Positions 25,791-39,057 of a stretch of DNA of 64,000 nucleotides are shown here, piece after piece (the stretch's first letter is position 1; each line of letters opens with the position of its first letter). The position numbers and the translations under genes were made by a program. This DNA is from Octopus vulgaris. Lineage: Eukaryota. The stretch spans positions 75,578,001 through 75,642,000 of the forward strand of contig OX597817.1 of NCBI GenBank assembly GCA_951406725.2. Reading direction: 5' to 3'. The notes under the pieces were generated by a model. The model did no database searches. It had not been told where the DNA came from and was given only the letters and a program-made list of their open reading frames with translations.

Positions 25791-27565
25791 CAGCAGTGGA
25801 AACAAGTTTAGCACCACCTTAAATTTTCAGCAAAAGCGCTTACTACAAGACAAATCATTTCATTTTATCACGAAATCAAACATTTCTGCATATATAAAGT
25901 TAGTACCATGAATGAAAGACACATAAAACATTATTGCAAGTACAAATTCTAGATATGTCAGTATCAGGAACTGTAGCCTTTGTTTCGTATAATTCCTTCC
26001 AGACGTGTCGGCAGACTCTGTACCATACTACGACAAACATTCTAGTCAATTTCTTTGCCCAACACTTCCTTTATGGATGCCTTAAATTCTTCAACGTTTT
26101 TGGGATGTTTAGAGGAAACTTTCTTCTTCATAATCAACCAAAGGTTTTCAATGGGGTTGATGTCCGGACTCTTGCCGGGCTATTCCATAACACTGATGTT
26201 TGCTCGAGGAAGAATGCTTTCATTGCTTTAGAGGAGTGGCAAGGAGCATTACCTTGCTGGAAAATGGTCGTCTGGTGACTCTCCATACATGGAAGCAATT
26301 TTTCTTCCATGATTTCTTGATAGACCTTGGAATTGACAGTTCTTCCCTTAGGTAGAAATTAAAATCTTCCACGTCCATATCAGCTAAAACAACCCCAAAC
26401 CATTATGCTGGCGAGCTGCTACATCGTAGAGACGGTGTATTTGGGTACAAAACGACAGTTAACTGGTCTATGCTGGAATGTGCACTCATCTGAAAAGAAA
26501 ACTTGCTTCCATTGATCAACTGTCCACTTGCAGTACTTGCATTCATTCAATAGTGGTTTTCGGACAGGCCGTCTGGCACGCTGTTTCAGTTTCCTACGCA
26601 ACAAATTCCGAATTGTTCTGGCAACTTATTATCTGTGATGTAGTTGCACGGAGGCAGATATTTTCGGATAACAGCAGATGCTAGCCGAGGATCTACGGCA
26701 ACCAAACGTTTAACCGTTCTCGTAGGATGTGAAGTAAAAACACTTGGTCTTCCATTTCTGGATCTGCGTTCAAAGTTTTCTTGTTCAGCATGCCTTTTAA
26801 TTGTTCTAACAACTGTAGTATAGTGACATTTTAGTCGAGAGGTTATGGCTTGGCATGATAGTCTTTCATTATGAAGAGCAATGATTTGCACACGGACTTC
26901 ACAAGAAAATTCAATATTCCGTTCCATTCTGCAAATTAAAAGCATGGTGCAAAAAGTAGGGTGCAAAAAGCATGGTGTAAAAAGGTAATAAATGTATGCA
27001 AAAGGGTTAAACTATTAATGAACAAAATACAAAAAAAGAGATAAAATTGCTGTATAGCATAGAAAAGCTCACGTGCATGTACTGTACTTGTACAATGCAA
27101 TGCCCACAGTATTCTTTGTAAAAGTTGCACAAATGTAAAATGTACAGGCAAAAAAGAAAAAAAAAAGCGAACAAGCTATTCGTGCAACGCTCTGCTACAA
27201 AATTGTTAAAAACTAGCAATAGATACGAAAGAAAAGTTTACAAATACAACTGGGACAAGAATGCAATTTACATGAAAGCAGGTAATTACCAGACAAAACA
27301 CAGCATTAACCTGAATACCGCACATTATTAACATTATCTGCAAAATTTGTAAACAAGATCAAGGATAAAACTGTTGTCTATTTAAACAACATTAAGTAAG
27401 TTTTATCGTTAGCAGTAATAACAAGGATACCAGTAGATGTTAGCCGAGGATCTACGGCAACCAAACGTTTAAGCGTTCTCGTCAGATGTGAAGCAAAAAC
27501 ACTTGGTCTTTCACTTCTGGAAAACATTCGAAAACATGGGTGGTGGTAAACTTTTTCCACAGCTG
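25791..27565 (-). mobile_element. Full-length decayed Tc1-family DNA transposon inserted in (TACA)n
   Basis: TIRs CAGCAGTGGAAACAAGTTTAGCACCACC (from 25791) and GGTGGTGGTAAACTTTTTCCACAGCTG (to 27565), TA on both sides, transposase pseudogene inside. Confidence 0.9.
25958..26927 (-). pseudogene. Tc1-like DD34E transposase, multiple stops and frameshifts
   Basis: MERNIEFSCEVRVQIIALH (HTH), RSRNGRP, ARRPVRKPLL, WTVDQWKQVFFSDECTF, IMVWGCFS, IFQQGNAPCH, and a frameshifted PGKSPDINPIENLW. Confidence 0.9.
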
Positions 27566-27654
27566 TACATACATATGCATACATACATACATACATACAT
27601 ACATACATACATACATACATACATACGTACATACATACATACATTTTTTTATGA

Positions 27655-27872
27655 GCCCTTTTCAAGCCTAGCCAGGCTCATGGGCCCGGTTTCCCGGTTT
27701 CTGTGACGTATATGTTCCCCCTTGCTGGACGGGACGCCAGTCCATCGCAGGCGTCACCACCACCCACTGCCTGAGCCTTGTGGAGCTTTAGGTGTTTTCG
27801 CTCAATAATCACACACAACGCCCGGTCTGGGAATCGAAACCGCTGCCCTAACCACTGGGCCATTGCGCCTCC
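27655..27872 (-). mobile_element. Family-C tRNA-derived SINE (deletion in anticodon region)
   Basis: GGAGGCGCAATGGCCCAGTGGTTAGGGCAGCG..GTTTCGATTCCCAGACC head shared with the 35750 copy; 3' body CCTGCGATGGACTGGCGTCCCGTCC. Confidence 0.85.
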
Positions 27873-28419
27873 ACACATATATGTATATATATATATATAT
27901 GTATATGTATGTATGTATGTATGCGCGAGTGTGTGTGTCTATATATGTCTCGTATAAAGGTGTACGCAATTGAAACAGTATTGTATTAAAATGCTCATCT
28001 AGGTATAAACAGGCAAGATACTGTAGTTTTCGTCCGAGAGAAAATCTCTTACTGGCGTGGTGTGTTGAAAACACATGTATCGGGGTGGTTGGAAAGAGAA
28101 TGAAAATTGTTCCTGCAGTGGTTAATGAGAACATCAGATGCATTTCGATTTTCTTGAGTCTTGTCAGGTTGATGGTGCACCAAGTTTTTATTCAACCCGA
28201 TAGCTGATTCTAATTTTAGTGAATTTATTATTCACTTTTTCGTTTATATTGGAGCCGACAGATTTCGTGTAGAAACGTTGCTTGAAATGAAAAATCCCTA
28301 AGTAATACTGATATGTTAGATATAATTAAAAAAATTCTATTAGTATTGTCTGAGTATCCAAAAACTTATCACTTATTTTTAATGAAAGCATTTCAACAAA
28401 GGTAGTGTTGAAAGAGAAA

Positions 28420-28475
<56 letters not shown>

Positions 28476-28916
28476 GAGCGAGAGAGAGTGTGTTGTAAGG
28501 AAACAGCAGAAGAAGAGGGACACAAATTTAAGACGTTAAAAACTTGTCTGGCAGTAAATAAAATCTAGTTTTTCTAATTGAATCGTGTATTTGAAATCTT
28601 TAATAATAAAAGAAAATTGAAAACGATATTTTGATCAAACAATATTAAAATCGGAAATTGTAAGATTTTAATAATTGCTTTCTTTTAGTAAAAGTTACAC
28701 ACAACTAATATTTTACTTTACTTTATCTTACTTTATTTATTATAGTGTAGGTATATATGTATAGTCTTATATATGAACATTTAAAAGGTGACAGTGACTT
28801 TATATTTCACCAGATCTGGTTTTTCAAAGCGTGTAAGAAGAAATGATATTATTCATCTATAATATAAAAGTTAGGAGGATGAAGAATATAGCAAAATGTT
28901 AGAATGCGTGAGCATC

Positions 28917-29003
<87 letters not shown>

Positions 29004-29069
29004 ATCTACCTATCTTGCTAACTAGATATTTCCCTCTCTTTCCTTCTGTACTCATACACACACATACAC

Positions 29070-29842
29070 ACACATACGATGCGGTGGTCTCACTCGTTAC
29101 TCCGACAGACACCGATGTACAGTGTTGTCTCATGTGGGGATTCATACCTATCTAGGACCAACAGATCAGGTTGCAGAAGTTGTAGTAGGATACTTCAAAA
29201 CGGGAGATAGTAGGAGCTTCTCCACTGAGCTCTAGTCAGTCTTTCCGATCCCCATATCTTCAGGTTTATCTTGTAGGTTTTCAAACGAATCTTTAGGGTG
29301 TCCTTAAAACAGCAGCGGGCGGTATTGGTCCCTGATGATTCTGCTAATTTAATTGTAGAAGATGAATTTAGATTAACAAGTCTCTTCTACGCGTTTAACA
29401 TGACCAGCCCACCTCAGCTATAGAGAGACTCTCTATGCCTAGTATGTCACATCTTGCAAAGAAGAATGGGGGGACTTTGTCTTGCCACTTAATGTTGCAA
29501 ATTGAACGAAGGCAGCGGAGATAGAATGAACCCTAGCCATTTTATTTAGCGCCTGCTACAATTTTATTTTTGTGGGCAATCAGTTTCCATGATCTTCCCA
29601 CAACACGAACTGGAGTCTCCCGAAAGCTGAACTTACCTTTGATAATCACTGGGTGATCTCTTTGTCTGGGCATAGTTCGACAGGATGTTTCTCAGGTAAC
29701 AGAATTTTGACAAAACATTTTTTACTGTGATATTTTTCATCGTAACAATAAGATCTTGTTTCGGTTTTCCAGGTGTTGGCTGGTGTAAGATCTGAGTTTA
29801 CCTGAAGCAGATTATAAAGCCGGAGGACTTGACGGCATTAAC

Positions 29843-29919
<77 letters not shown>

Positions 29920-30410
29920 ATCGTAGTATAGTCGTCTGCAGTTATAAAATCTAGAAGTTCTTCCCTGACTTTGATTCTGTCTCTGAGGTGTTGCAGATTG
30001 GAAATCTTTCCGTCTGTCCTAAATTGGATATGAATACCTTGTCAACATCTCTGAATGTAGCTTGCAACATGGTTGAAAAGTTTATTGCAAACAAGCCGGG
30101 GACCATTACACAGCTGTACTTGGCTCCATTTTTTTTACAGGGAAAGTGTCTGAAACCGAATCACCTTTATTCACGGAGGCTCTCTTATCAATGTGAAATG
30201 AGCTTCTTAATCTGATCATCTTTTTTGAGCAGCCAAACTCGCGCATGACTTTTAAGAAGGCTTCACGGTTTATCGTTAAATCAACAAAGACCATATACAG
30301 ATCTTGGTTCTGCTCTCCGACCTTCTCCTGATGTGAAGCGGATATCATGTCAATTGAACAACGACCAACACAGAAACCACATTCTGATCTAGGCTATACA
30401 GTGTCTTCTA
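29070..30410 (-). mobile_element. Decayed RTE-clade LINE, reverse-transcriptase to 3' region
   Basis: ECGFCVGRCSIDMIS..QEKVGEQNQDLYMVFVDLT..INREAFLKVMREFGCSKK matches the RTE/BovB RT signature (QCGFRxGRSTxDMIF..QEKCxEQxxxLYxxFVDLxKAFD). Many disablements; interrupted by (GA)n. Confidence 0.8.
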
Positions 30411-30419
30411 GTTGATATA

Positions 30420-30558
30420 TATTCTTTGTAAGTACTTCTTCAACCGGTCTCTTTGGCTGAACCGTTAAGTTACGGGAAGGTAAACACATCGACGTCGGTT
30501 GTCAAGTGATGGTGAGCACAAAGACACACACATAAATACATACATACATAAATATATG

Positions 30559-30615
<57 letters not shown>

Positions 30616-30905
30616 TCTTTTTTATATTCTTATCTTTTATTTATTTCAGTCATTTGACTGCGGTCATGCTGGAGCACTGCCTTTAGTCGAATAAATCGAC
30701 GCCAGGAATATTCTTTGTGAGCCTAGTACTTATTCTATGTGTTTCTTTTGCCGAACGGAGACGTAAACACCATCATCGGTTGTCAAGCGGACAAACACAA
30801 ACACACACACAGACACACACACACACGCACACACACACACACACGCAGACACAGACACACACAGACACACACACACACAAACACACACAGACACAGACAC
30901 ACATA

Positions 30906-30948
<43 letters not shown>

Positions 30949-31020
30949 TTTTTCAGTTTCCGTCTACCAAATCCGCTTACAAAGTTCTGGTCGGCCCAGG
31001 GCTGTAGTTAAAGACACTTT
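30420..31020 (-). mobile_element. Two nested/adjacent family-B SINE fragments
   Basis: Family-B body at 30440-30530 and 30615-31020. Another 5' half lies at ~31620-31760. Confidence 0.8.
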
Positions 31021-31566
31021 CACAGAATAACAGCAATGAAATAACGACAGCGGGGTGCACAACAAACATCAGCAATCTTACTGTCACCTGAACTCTTGAC
31101 TAGAGATACCAGTTAGTCTTTTATACCTACCAGGCTCGTTCGTGTTAGCCCGAGTTGCTGGGTAATTTTTCGCTCCTTTAAGAATATTGTAGAACGGAAG
31201 CTTTTCATAAACTGGAATTTAAATCCTAATCTCTATAGAAATCTATTGTTTCAAGAAAACATTGGATTTGAAATACTTTTAATTTTTACGATTATAGGTA
31301 ACAACTTGCACTGAGTCAGGCGCGTGTGAACGATGTCGGGAGAACGTCTCCTACGAATGATATTTTTTGACACAGGACACCTCTAAGACGACCGCCAGAC
31401 GCTGAACGAAAGTAAATGAACTGCGACCACGCTCAATAAAAAGAGCCCAAGTTATTAACTGAAATTATATAATTGAAGCCAGTGTTGATAGAAATGAAAT
31501 CTTATTGCAAATACGCGTTCGCTTTACTAAATTTAAGCCCGAACAGCCCGAGCGCCGGAGTCGCCA

Positions 31567-31619
<53 letters not shown>

Positions 31620-33033
31620 GACGACTTCTTTCAGCTTCCGTCTACCAAATTCACTCACAAGGCTTTGGTCAATCCGGGGCTATAATAGAAAGCATTTGCC
31701 CAAGGTGCTACGCTGTGGGACAGAACCCGGAACCATGTAGTTGAGAACCAAACTTCTTACTACTCTTATTTTTAACACATCTCCGTGAAGAGATTTTTTC
31801 TCAGACTAAAGCTACAGCATCATGCCTGTCATTGGTGTATATATGTTTAGCATGACACACAGATATTTACAATTTAATGCTGTTTCACTTGAGCACAACA
31901 AGCTTTTGCGTATATTTAAAGATTTATTCACTGAGTCAGATATAATACTTGAATGATTCAATGAGAAAGAAAATTTGTTAATCCTCTAGACAGACGAAAC
32001 CTCAAATGGCAGGTAATATTCTTATATCAATACGAAAACGTTAATATTATTACAAAGTGTTCATCAGAGAATGCTCACCAGAAAAAGAAGAAAAGACCTA
32101 TATGTTTCTAGAGAAATAGAAGAAGCTGGGAAGGATACTTGCAGATCTAAAGAGGAAATATAATCGACAAATTCAAAACTGAAGATTCTAGAAGAAAATG
32201 AATTTAATTAAATTAGAAACTGAGTCTAAGTTGATTACAAGAATTATTTGTACATTGTTCTTCATTCGTGGTTTGTAGAAATATCAGTTGTGATAAAGGC
32301 AGTATCAGTATAAAGTAAATACTTCAAGCACATCTTGAATAAGTGTTGCACAGGTCTAAACAAATAGAGATGAGGAATTTTTGAAGCGATATAGTTTCTG
32401 TCTGACGCTACCATATTTATTCGAGCAGTTATGAAAAATTATCAGACCGTGCTTCTTTACTCATTTCCGTTTTGCCAAATCTTTTCTACTAGTGACCATT
32501 TTACTATTTTAGCATTCTCCGCAATCTCTGTTATATATTTATTAGCGTCCACGAGACTATTACAAATTGCAGCGAAACGATTTTACGGATAAATGTCAGA
32601 CATATTTGAACTGTTATCAAGTTTGATTTACTTTCAGTCACCACTTCAAGCATCTACCCACGAATTTACTACGGTCCAACAGGCGATATACACAATCAGT
32701 TAATATTTTTGGCCTTTTTAAAATAAGAGAAGCTAGGTTTCTCTAGTCAGCTGTCGCTTTTGATATTTGGCACTGTTGAGAAAAAATTAGTTCGAAACAC
32801 GTACCCAAATGTCCAATAGCTTTATGAACTAACAATGAGGTTTTTACACCTTTTATTCTCCAGCGAGAATTTTCTTTCCACGTCAAATTGCAGTGAAATG
32901 CTTTTTACGGATTCAAATATCTCTCAAACATATTTGAACTGGTATCAGGTTTGGTTTGGTTTACTTTTAGTCATTGTTTCGCGCATCAGCTCAAGAATTT
33001 TTTATTTCCAATTTGTTTGTTCATGTCTAGTAG

Positions 33034-33065
<32 letters not shown>

Positions 33066-33743
33066 GGAGAGAGGGGGAAATAAATGAATTGGATGCAGAC
33101 ACATCACTATATAGGATAAAAAAAAAGATGTAAATGGATGGTTTGAGGATTGAAGCAGTATAATGTAGATGACTAACAAATGAAAACTCTGTTATATACG
33201 GCTCACATGAAAATTCGGATGCAATTTAGTTTGAATAAAATGTGTCAAGCCATTGACGAAAGGAAAGCTAATAAAATAATCAGTAATTCTTTATTAAATA
33301 AAGAGACCGAAATTAATCAGTCCTAAACCACATTGATAATTTATTGAGATTCAATGAAGTAGATAAAGTACAAAGCATGCAATGAGAGAATAAATTAGCT
33401 GGTTAAAAGGTTATTATACATTACATTAATAATTGAAATTTGGATAAATTGCCTAGCTATTATAGTAATATGTTTCTGTTATAATTGCTCTCAAGAAGTT
33501 AAGTGAAGTAGCATAACTAGATAGAAAAACAATGAAAATAATGATTTCACTTAGAATACACCACTCAAATGCTGACACACAAAAGGTTATATTTACTAAG
33601 AACACTTAGAAAAATTATGTAACTGTGTGTCCATATTTAGTGTAAATACGTTGTGAAAAGTAAATCTACGGCTGTGTTTGCTGGGTGACATTTTTTATGA
33701 ACATGCTCTGTTTAAAATCTCAATATATATATTGAAGAGAAAT

Positions 33744-34042
33744 GAAAATCATCCAAGCAGTAGTTGGTGTGAATGCTAGATGCGGCATTTCTGCGTAATT
33801 GGGCGTTGTCAGTAGCATGTACTCACAGTCAACTGCATGCTAAGATAAAATCTGCTGTCACCGATATGATAAATCAGCGAATGAATAATTACTGGTTTGG
33901 GGATTAGTCACCCGGCTGAATAAAAACATACGCTATACACAACGTCTTAGCACACGGTTGTCTATGAGTACATGTTACTAACAACGCCTAATGAGACAAA
34001 AATGCATCTAGCATTCTCATTAGCGACTGCAAAGTCGATTTT
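33744..34042. repeat. Diverged fold-back (~100-bp arms, ~100-bp spacer)
   Basis: GAATGCTAGATGC..GGCGTTGTCAGTAGCATGTACTCA..TGCTAAGA (33770-33845) is the imperfect reverse complement of 33945-34019. Pairing extends to GAAAATC/GATTTTC. Confidence 0.8.
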
Positions 34043-34069
34043 CGTCTGTTCCCGATGCATACATACGTG

Positions 34070-34137
<68 letters not shown>

Positions 34138-35224
34138 TGTATTGTTAAACACAGTACGTCCTTCAGAGATATTCTCTCTATACGAATACTGCGGCAAATT
34201 TACTTCAGTGATGTATATAAATTATGTTACACAGATAGCTATTTTTACTTATTACTGTTGCATATAACTGATTATAAATATCCATTGTAGGATGAGAAAT
34301 AAAGATCTAGTGATGTATAAAAAATTAACAGAGCTACGAGGTAATGAAATGAAAACAAAAACAAAACAAGCATTTCTGTTTCAGTGATGCAAACAAATAT
34401 AAGCAGAAAATGAGGAGAATGTTAAAACAGAAAGATGATCAATATTCGACAAAAGGAAGAAAAAAAAATGACCGAAAGGAAATGAGTAAGGAAACAAGTA
34501 GGTACAATCTAACAATCCCAGGATTCAAAATCTCTGAAAGCGAAATGATTTTTCCTCGCGATGCAAGACCAAAATCTCATAACTGGAAACTACCAGAAAG
34601 ATATTTATGAAGTTAACTGTATACTGTGAAGAAACAATCAATCACATTGTCACATTGTTTCTAGTTCTCTTTACGTAACGGAAAATGAAAAACATAGGCG
34701 AAGTTGACATATCAAATTACTAGTATGTTGATAACGTTTTGTTTCTTTGTTGTGCTTTACGATAGAATTTATCAAATTCTTTTTTAGCCAATACTATAAC
34801 GTTACGATAGATTCAAACAATATGTCTGTATGTACAATATTTTCTTGAACAGAAAAACAAAACAAAGCGGAAACGTTCGTACATGTCACAACTTTGACTT
34901 GATGGTTGTAAGACAACACATACACACACACACACACTTAAACATTTACACACTTACACACAAGCATTTACACACATACACACACATCACTAACACACAC
35001 ACACACTTACACACGCACATACACATATATAGAAAATCAAAGCATAGAGTATTATAAATGTAATACAGCCGATCTTACCACAACTCTTGCTAGTAAGATG
35101 TAGCGCTTTCTCACATCCAGTAATAGAAGAATCACCATTTTACCATACCTACCAATTCCGAAGAACGTGTTTATTATCCGTTTACTTAATATCTGGCCGG
35201 AAAACAATTAATTCTTAGACGACG

Positions 35225-35745
<521 letters not shown>

Positions 35746-35749
35746 TGGT

Positions 35750-35922
35750 GGAGGCGCAATGGCCTAGTGGTTAGGGCAGCGGACTCGCGGTCGCAGGATC
35801 GCGGTTTCGATTCCCAGACCGGGCGTTGTGTGTGTTTATTGAGCGAAAACACCTAAAAAGCTCCATGAGGCTCCGGCAGGGGGTGGTGATCTCTGCTGTA
35901 CTCTTTCACCACTCTTTCTTCT
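35750..35922 (+). mobile_element. Family-C tRNA-derived SINE (5' part)
   Basis: A box TGGCCTAGTGG and B box GGTTTCGATTCCC in a tRNA-like head, followed by non-tRNA body. Confidence 0.85.
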
Positions 35923-35947
35923 GTTGAGTAATGTAACATATTATTTT

Positions 35948-36048
<101 letters not shown>

Positions 36049-36193
36049 CATATATACATACACACACCTACACATATATATAATCCAAAATGTACAGTAT
36101 TATGTAACCCTACGCGGGGTTACATAATCGGATTGCTACCTAACATTCCGTTGAATCCCTGGCGGAAAACTGATAGGTAAGATCGGCCATAAT

Positions 36194-36422
36194 GGCGGCG
36201 AGCTGGCAGAAACGTTAGCACGCCGGTCGAAATGCTTGGCGGTATTTCGTCTGCTGTTACCTTCTGAGTTCAAATTCCGCCGAGCTCGACTTTACCTTTC
36301 ATCCTTTCGGGGTCGATAAATTAAGTACGAGTTACTCATTGAGGTCGATGTAATCGACTTTATCCCTTTGTCTGTCCTTGTTTGTCCCCTCTATGTTTTA
36401 CCCCTTGTGGTCAATAAAGAAA
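36194..36422 (+). mobile_element. Full-length family-A SINE with 16-bp TSD
   Basis: TAAGATCGGCCATAAT at 36178-36193 and 36423-36438. Confidence 0.95.
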
Positions 36423-36616
36423 TAAGATCGGCCATAATTTATACATAATACTGTAAACTTCGGGTAATATACCCACTTTATTGACAGATATACGAGTGCA
36501 TATTTTCCTAACTTATGGACTCTTAGACGACTTACACACACACACATGCACACATGCTGTAAATAACTGCTAAATAAATTGTGGATGTGAAAAAATCTTC
36601 ATTCTTCTTATCAGTA

Positions 36617-36684
<68 letters not shown>

Positions 36685-36940
36685 GGTGTGCATTCAAAGC
36701 AATGATTAGTAAATTCACGAAACCGGTATGCTTTTGAATCTCTTTAACAATTCACAATAATGACTTTTATTACTTTTATTCCTACCCCAGTTCATCCAAT
36801 TGTATATATCTATCGTTACTTTTCATAAAAAGCATTTACCTTTTTTGATTTCCAATGTGCATTATTTTTCTTATTTTTCTTCTTATTTTCCACTTATATT
36901 TCCACGTGTAGTTTCTATTTTCTTTTTGTAACATATTTCG

Positions 36941-36996
<56 letters not shown>

Positions 36997-37450
36997 TGTA
37001 TGTATACAAAAGTGTAATATACATCCATCGTAACAGATACGATTTTAAAAAATCGAAACATTCTATTGTACAATACTTGAAAAAATTGTTAACATGCCGA
37101 TGATATAATATTCGAATTTGCTGGCTAGAAAGCTTTAAACATAAAAACTCGTGTATTCAGTCTCGTTAAGCTGGAGTGCTTACGATTTGGCCAGCTAGTC
37201 GTTCTGCTTACGTCTTTAAAAATAGAGGACATATTAATTGTTTTCGTGGACAGTGAAAAAGAGGACTGAAACATAGCATGATTCTGATCACGACAATCTT
37301 ATCTATATAGATGTGTTGTTTACATGCATCGTTACTTTCAGAGTAGATTGAAGAAAATCTATAGATATAGTCTTGTTCACAAAAAGTAAAATATCTAAAC
37401 CTGTCATGATTCTACCGACGATTATATATATATATATATATATATATATA

Positions 37451-37862
37451 GGCGCAGGAGTGGCTGTGTGGTAAGTAGCTTGTTTACCGACCACATGGTT
37501 CCGGGTTCAGTCCCACTGCGTGGCATCTTGGGCAAGTGTCTTCTACTATAGCCTCGGGCCGACCAAAGCCTTGTGAGTGGATTTGGCAGAGAGAAACTGA
37601 AAGAAGCCTGTCGTATATATATATATGTATGTATGTGTATGTGTTTGTGTGTCTGTGTTTGTCTCCCTAGTATTGCTTGACAACTGATGCTGGTGTGTTT
37701 ATGTCCCCGTTACTTAGCGGTTCGGCAAAAGAGACCGATAGAATAAGTACTGGGCTTACAAAAGAATAAGTTCTGGGGTCGAGTTGCTCGATTAAAGGCG
37801 GTGCTCCAGCATGGCCGCAGTCAAATGACTGAAACAAGTAAAAGAGTAAAAGAGTAAAGAGT
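37451..37862 (+). mobile_element. Full-length family-B SINE (tRNA head, CORE-like domain; resembles octopus OR2-type SINEs)
   Basis: A box TGGCTGTGTGG, B box GGTTCAGTCCC, CORE-like ..CTTGGGCAAGTGTCTTC.., internal microsatellite, (GTAAAAGA)n tail, (TA)n on both sides. The family name is from recall only. Confidence 0.9.
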
Positions 37863-37986
37863 ATATATATATATATATATATATGTATAACGGGAAGCTT
37901 TATGAAAATAAACAAAAGACGAAGGCAGGTGGAGTACAAACAAACAATTGTATTAGTATGGCGCTCAGGAATATAAATAAAACAAG

Positions 37987-38024
37987 TCTTTTACGTTTCG
38001 AGCCTACGCTCTTCAACAGAAAGA
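37987..38024 (-). ncRNA. Minimal type I hammerhead-like motif, CUGUUGA core variant
   Basis: UCUUU-CUGUUGA-A-GAGC-GUAG-GCUC-GAAAC-GUA-AAAGA: 5-bp stem I, 4-bp stem II, palindromic ACGU stem III. Confidence 0.55.
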
Positions 38025-38320
38025 TACACAGAAAAGAAACACGGAGAGAAACAAGGAGAGAAAAAAATGCGTGCAGAAGCTAGCGCTTCAACATGGCGAT
38101 CAGAATCATGCTATGTTTCAGTCCTGTGTTGGGACTGCATCAGCAACCATGCACTCTTTTTCACTGTCCACGAACACAATTAATATGTCCTCTATTTTTA
38201 AAGACGTAAGCAGAACGACTAGCTGGCCAAATCGTAAGCACTCCAGCTTAACGAGACTGAATACACGAGTTTTTATGTTTAAAGCTTTCTAGCCAGCAAA
38301 TTCGAATATTATATCATCGA

Positions 38321-38383
<63 letters not shown>

Positions 38384-38401
38384 ATCTATATATATATTAT
38401 A

Positions 38402-38496
<95 letters not shown>

Positions 38497-38800
38497 TAAA
38501 ATTCAGAAAATGGATGGAGAAGTGGCATTAATATAATTTATAAGTGGCATAATATAATATAATTAGAAAGTTTTTGCAGTTAATAAATTATATTAATGCT
38601 ACTTCTCCGTTTTTTGAATTTGAATTTGAATGTTTATAAACAAAGTTTTATACTTAAAAATATTACTATTCACGACTAAATGATAGGTAACAAACCAATG
38701 ATTCATTGGACATTTTTTATCCCTTAATGATGTTATATTCACTTTATTTATATGTGTATGTATGTATGCATGTATGTATGTATGTATGTATGTATGTATG

Positions 38801-38849
<49 letters not shown>

Positions 38850-38927
38850 GAAATGTACAGAAAAACAAGTTAGGTGTATAAATAACAAGCAGTTGTATTA
38901 GTTTGATGCTCAGGAAGGCGATAAAAA

Positions 38928-38965
38928 TCTTTTACGTTTCGAGCCTATGCTCTTCAACAGAAAAG
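38928..38965 (-). ncRNA. Second copy of the CUGUUGA hammerhead-like motif
   Basis: CUUUU-CUGUUGA-A-GAGC-AUAG-GCUC-GAAAC-GUA-AAAGA inside a diverged related element (38845-39035). Confidence 0.5.
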
Positions 38966-39057
38966 AACATGAGGGAATAAATACACATAGAATTAAAAAA
39001 AAAAAACTTGCCGATTTAGCAGTCAATCATGGTGACTATATATATATGTGTGTGTTT

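Larger units (their letters stand above)
37098..38320. repeat. Young inverted repeat pair (arms ~37098-37290 and ~38098-38320) enclosing a SINE and a pLTR-like piece
   Basis: About 165 bp nearly identical in inverted orientation, plus a 27-bp block. The left arm lacks ~28 nt present in the right arm. Confidence 0.9.

Noticed and set aside
35750-35822. tRNA gene
   Set aside because: A and B boxes are present, but the acceptor stem does not close and the sequence runs into a SINE body shared with 27655-27872.
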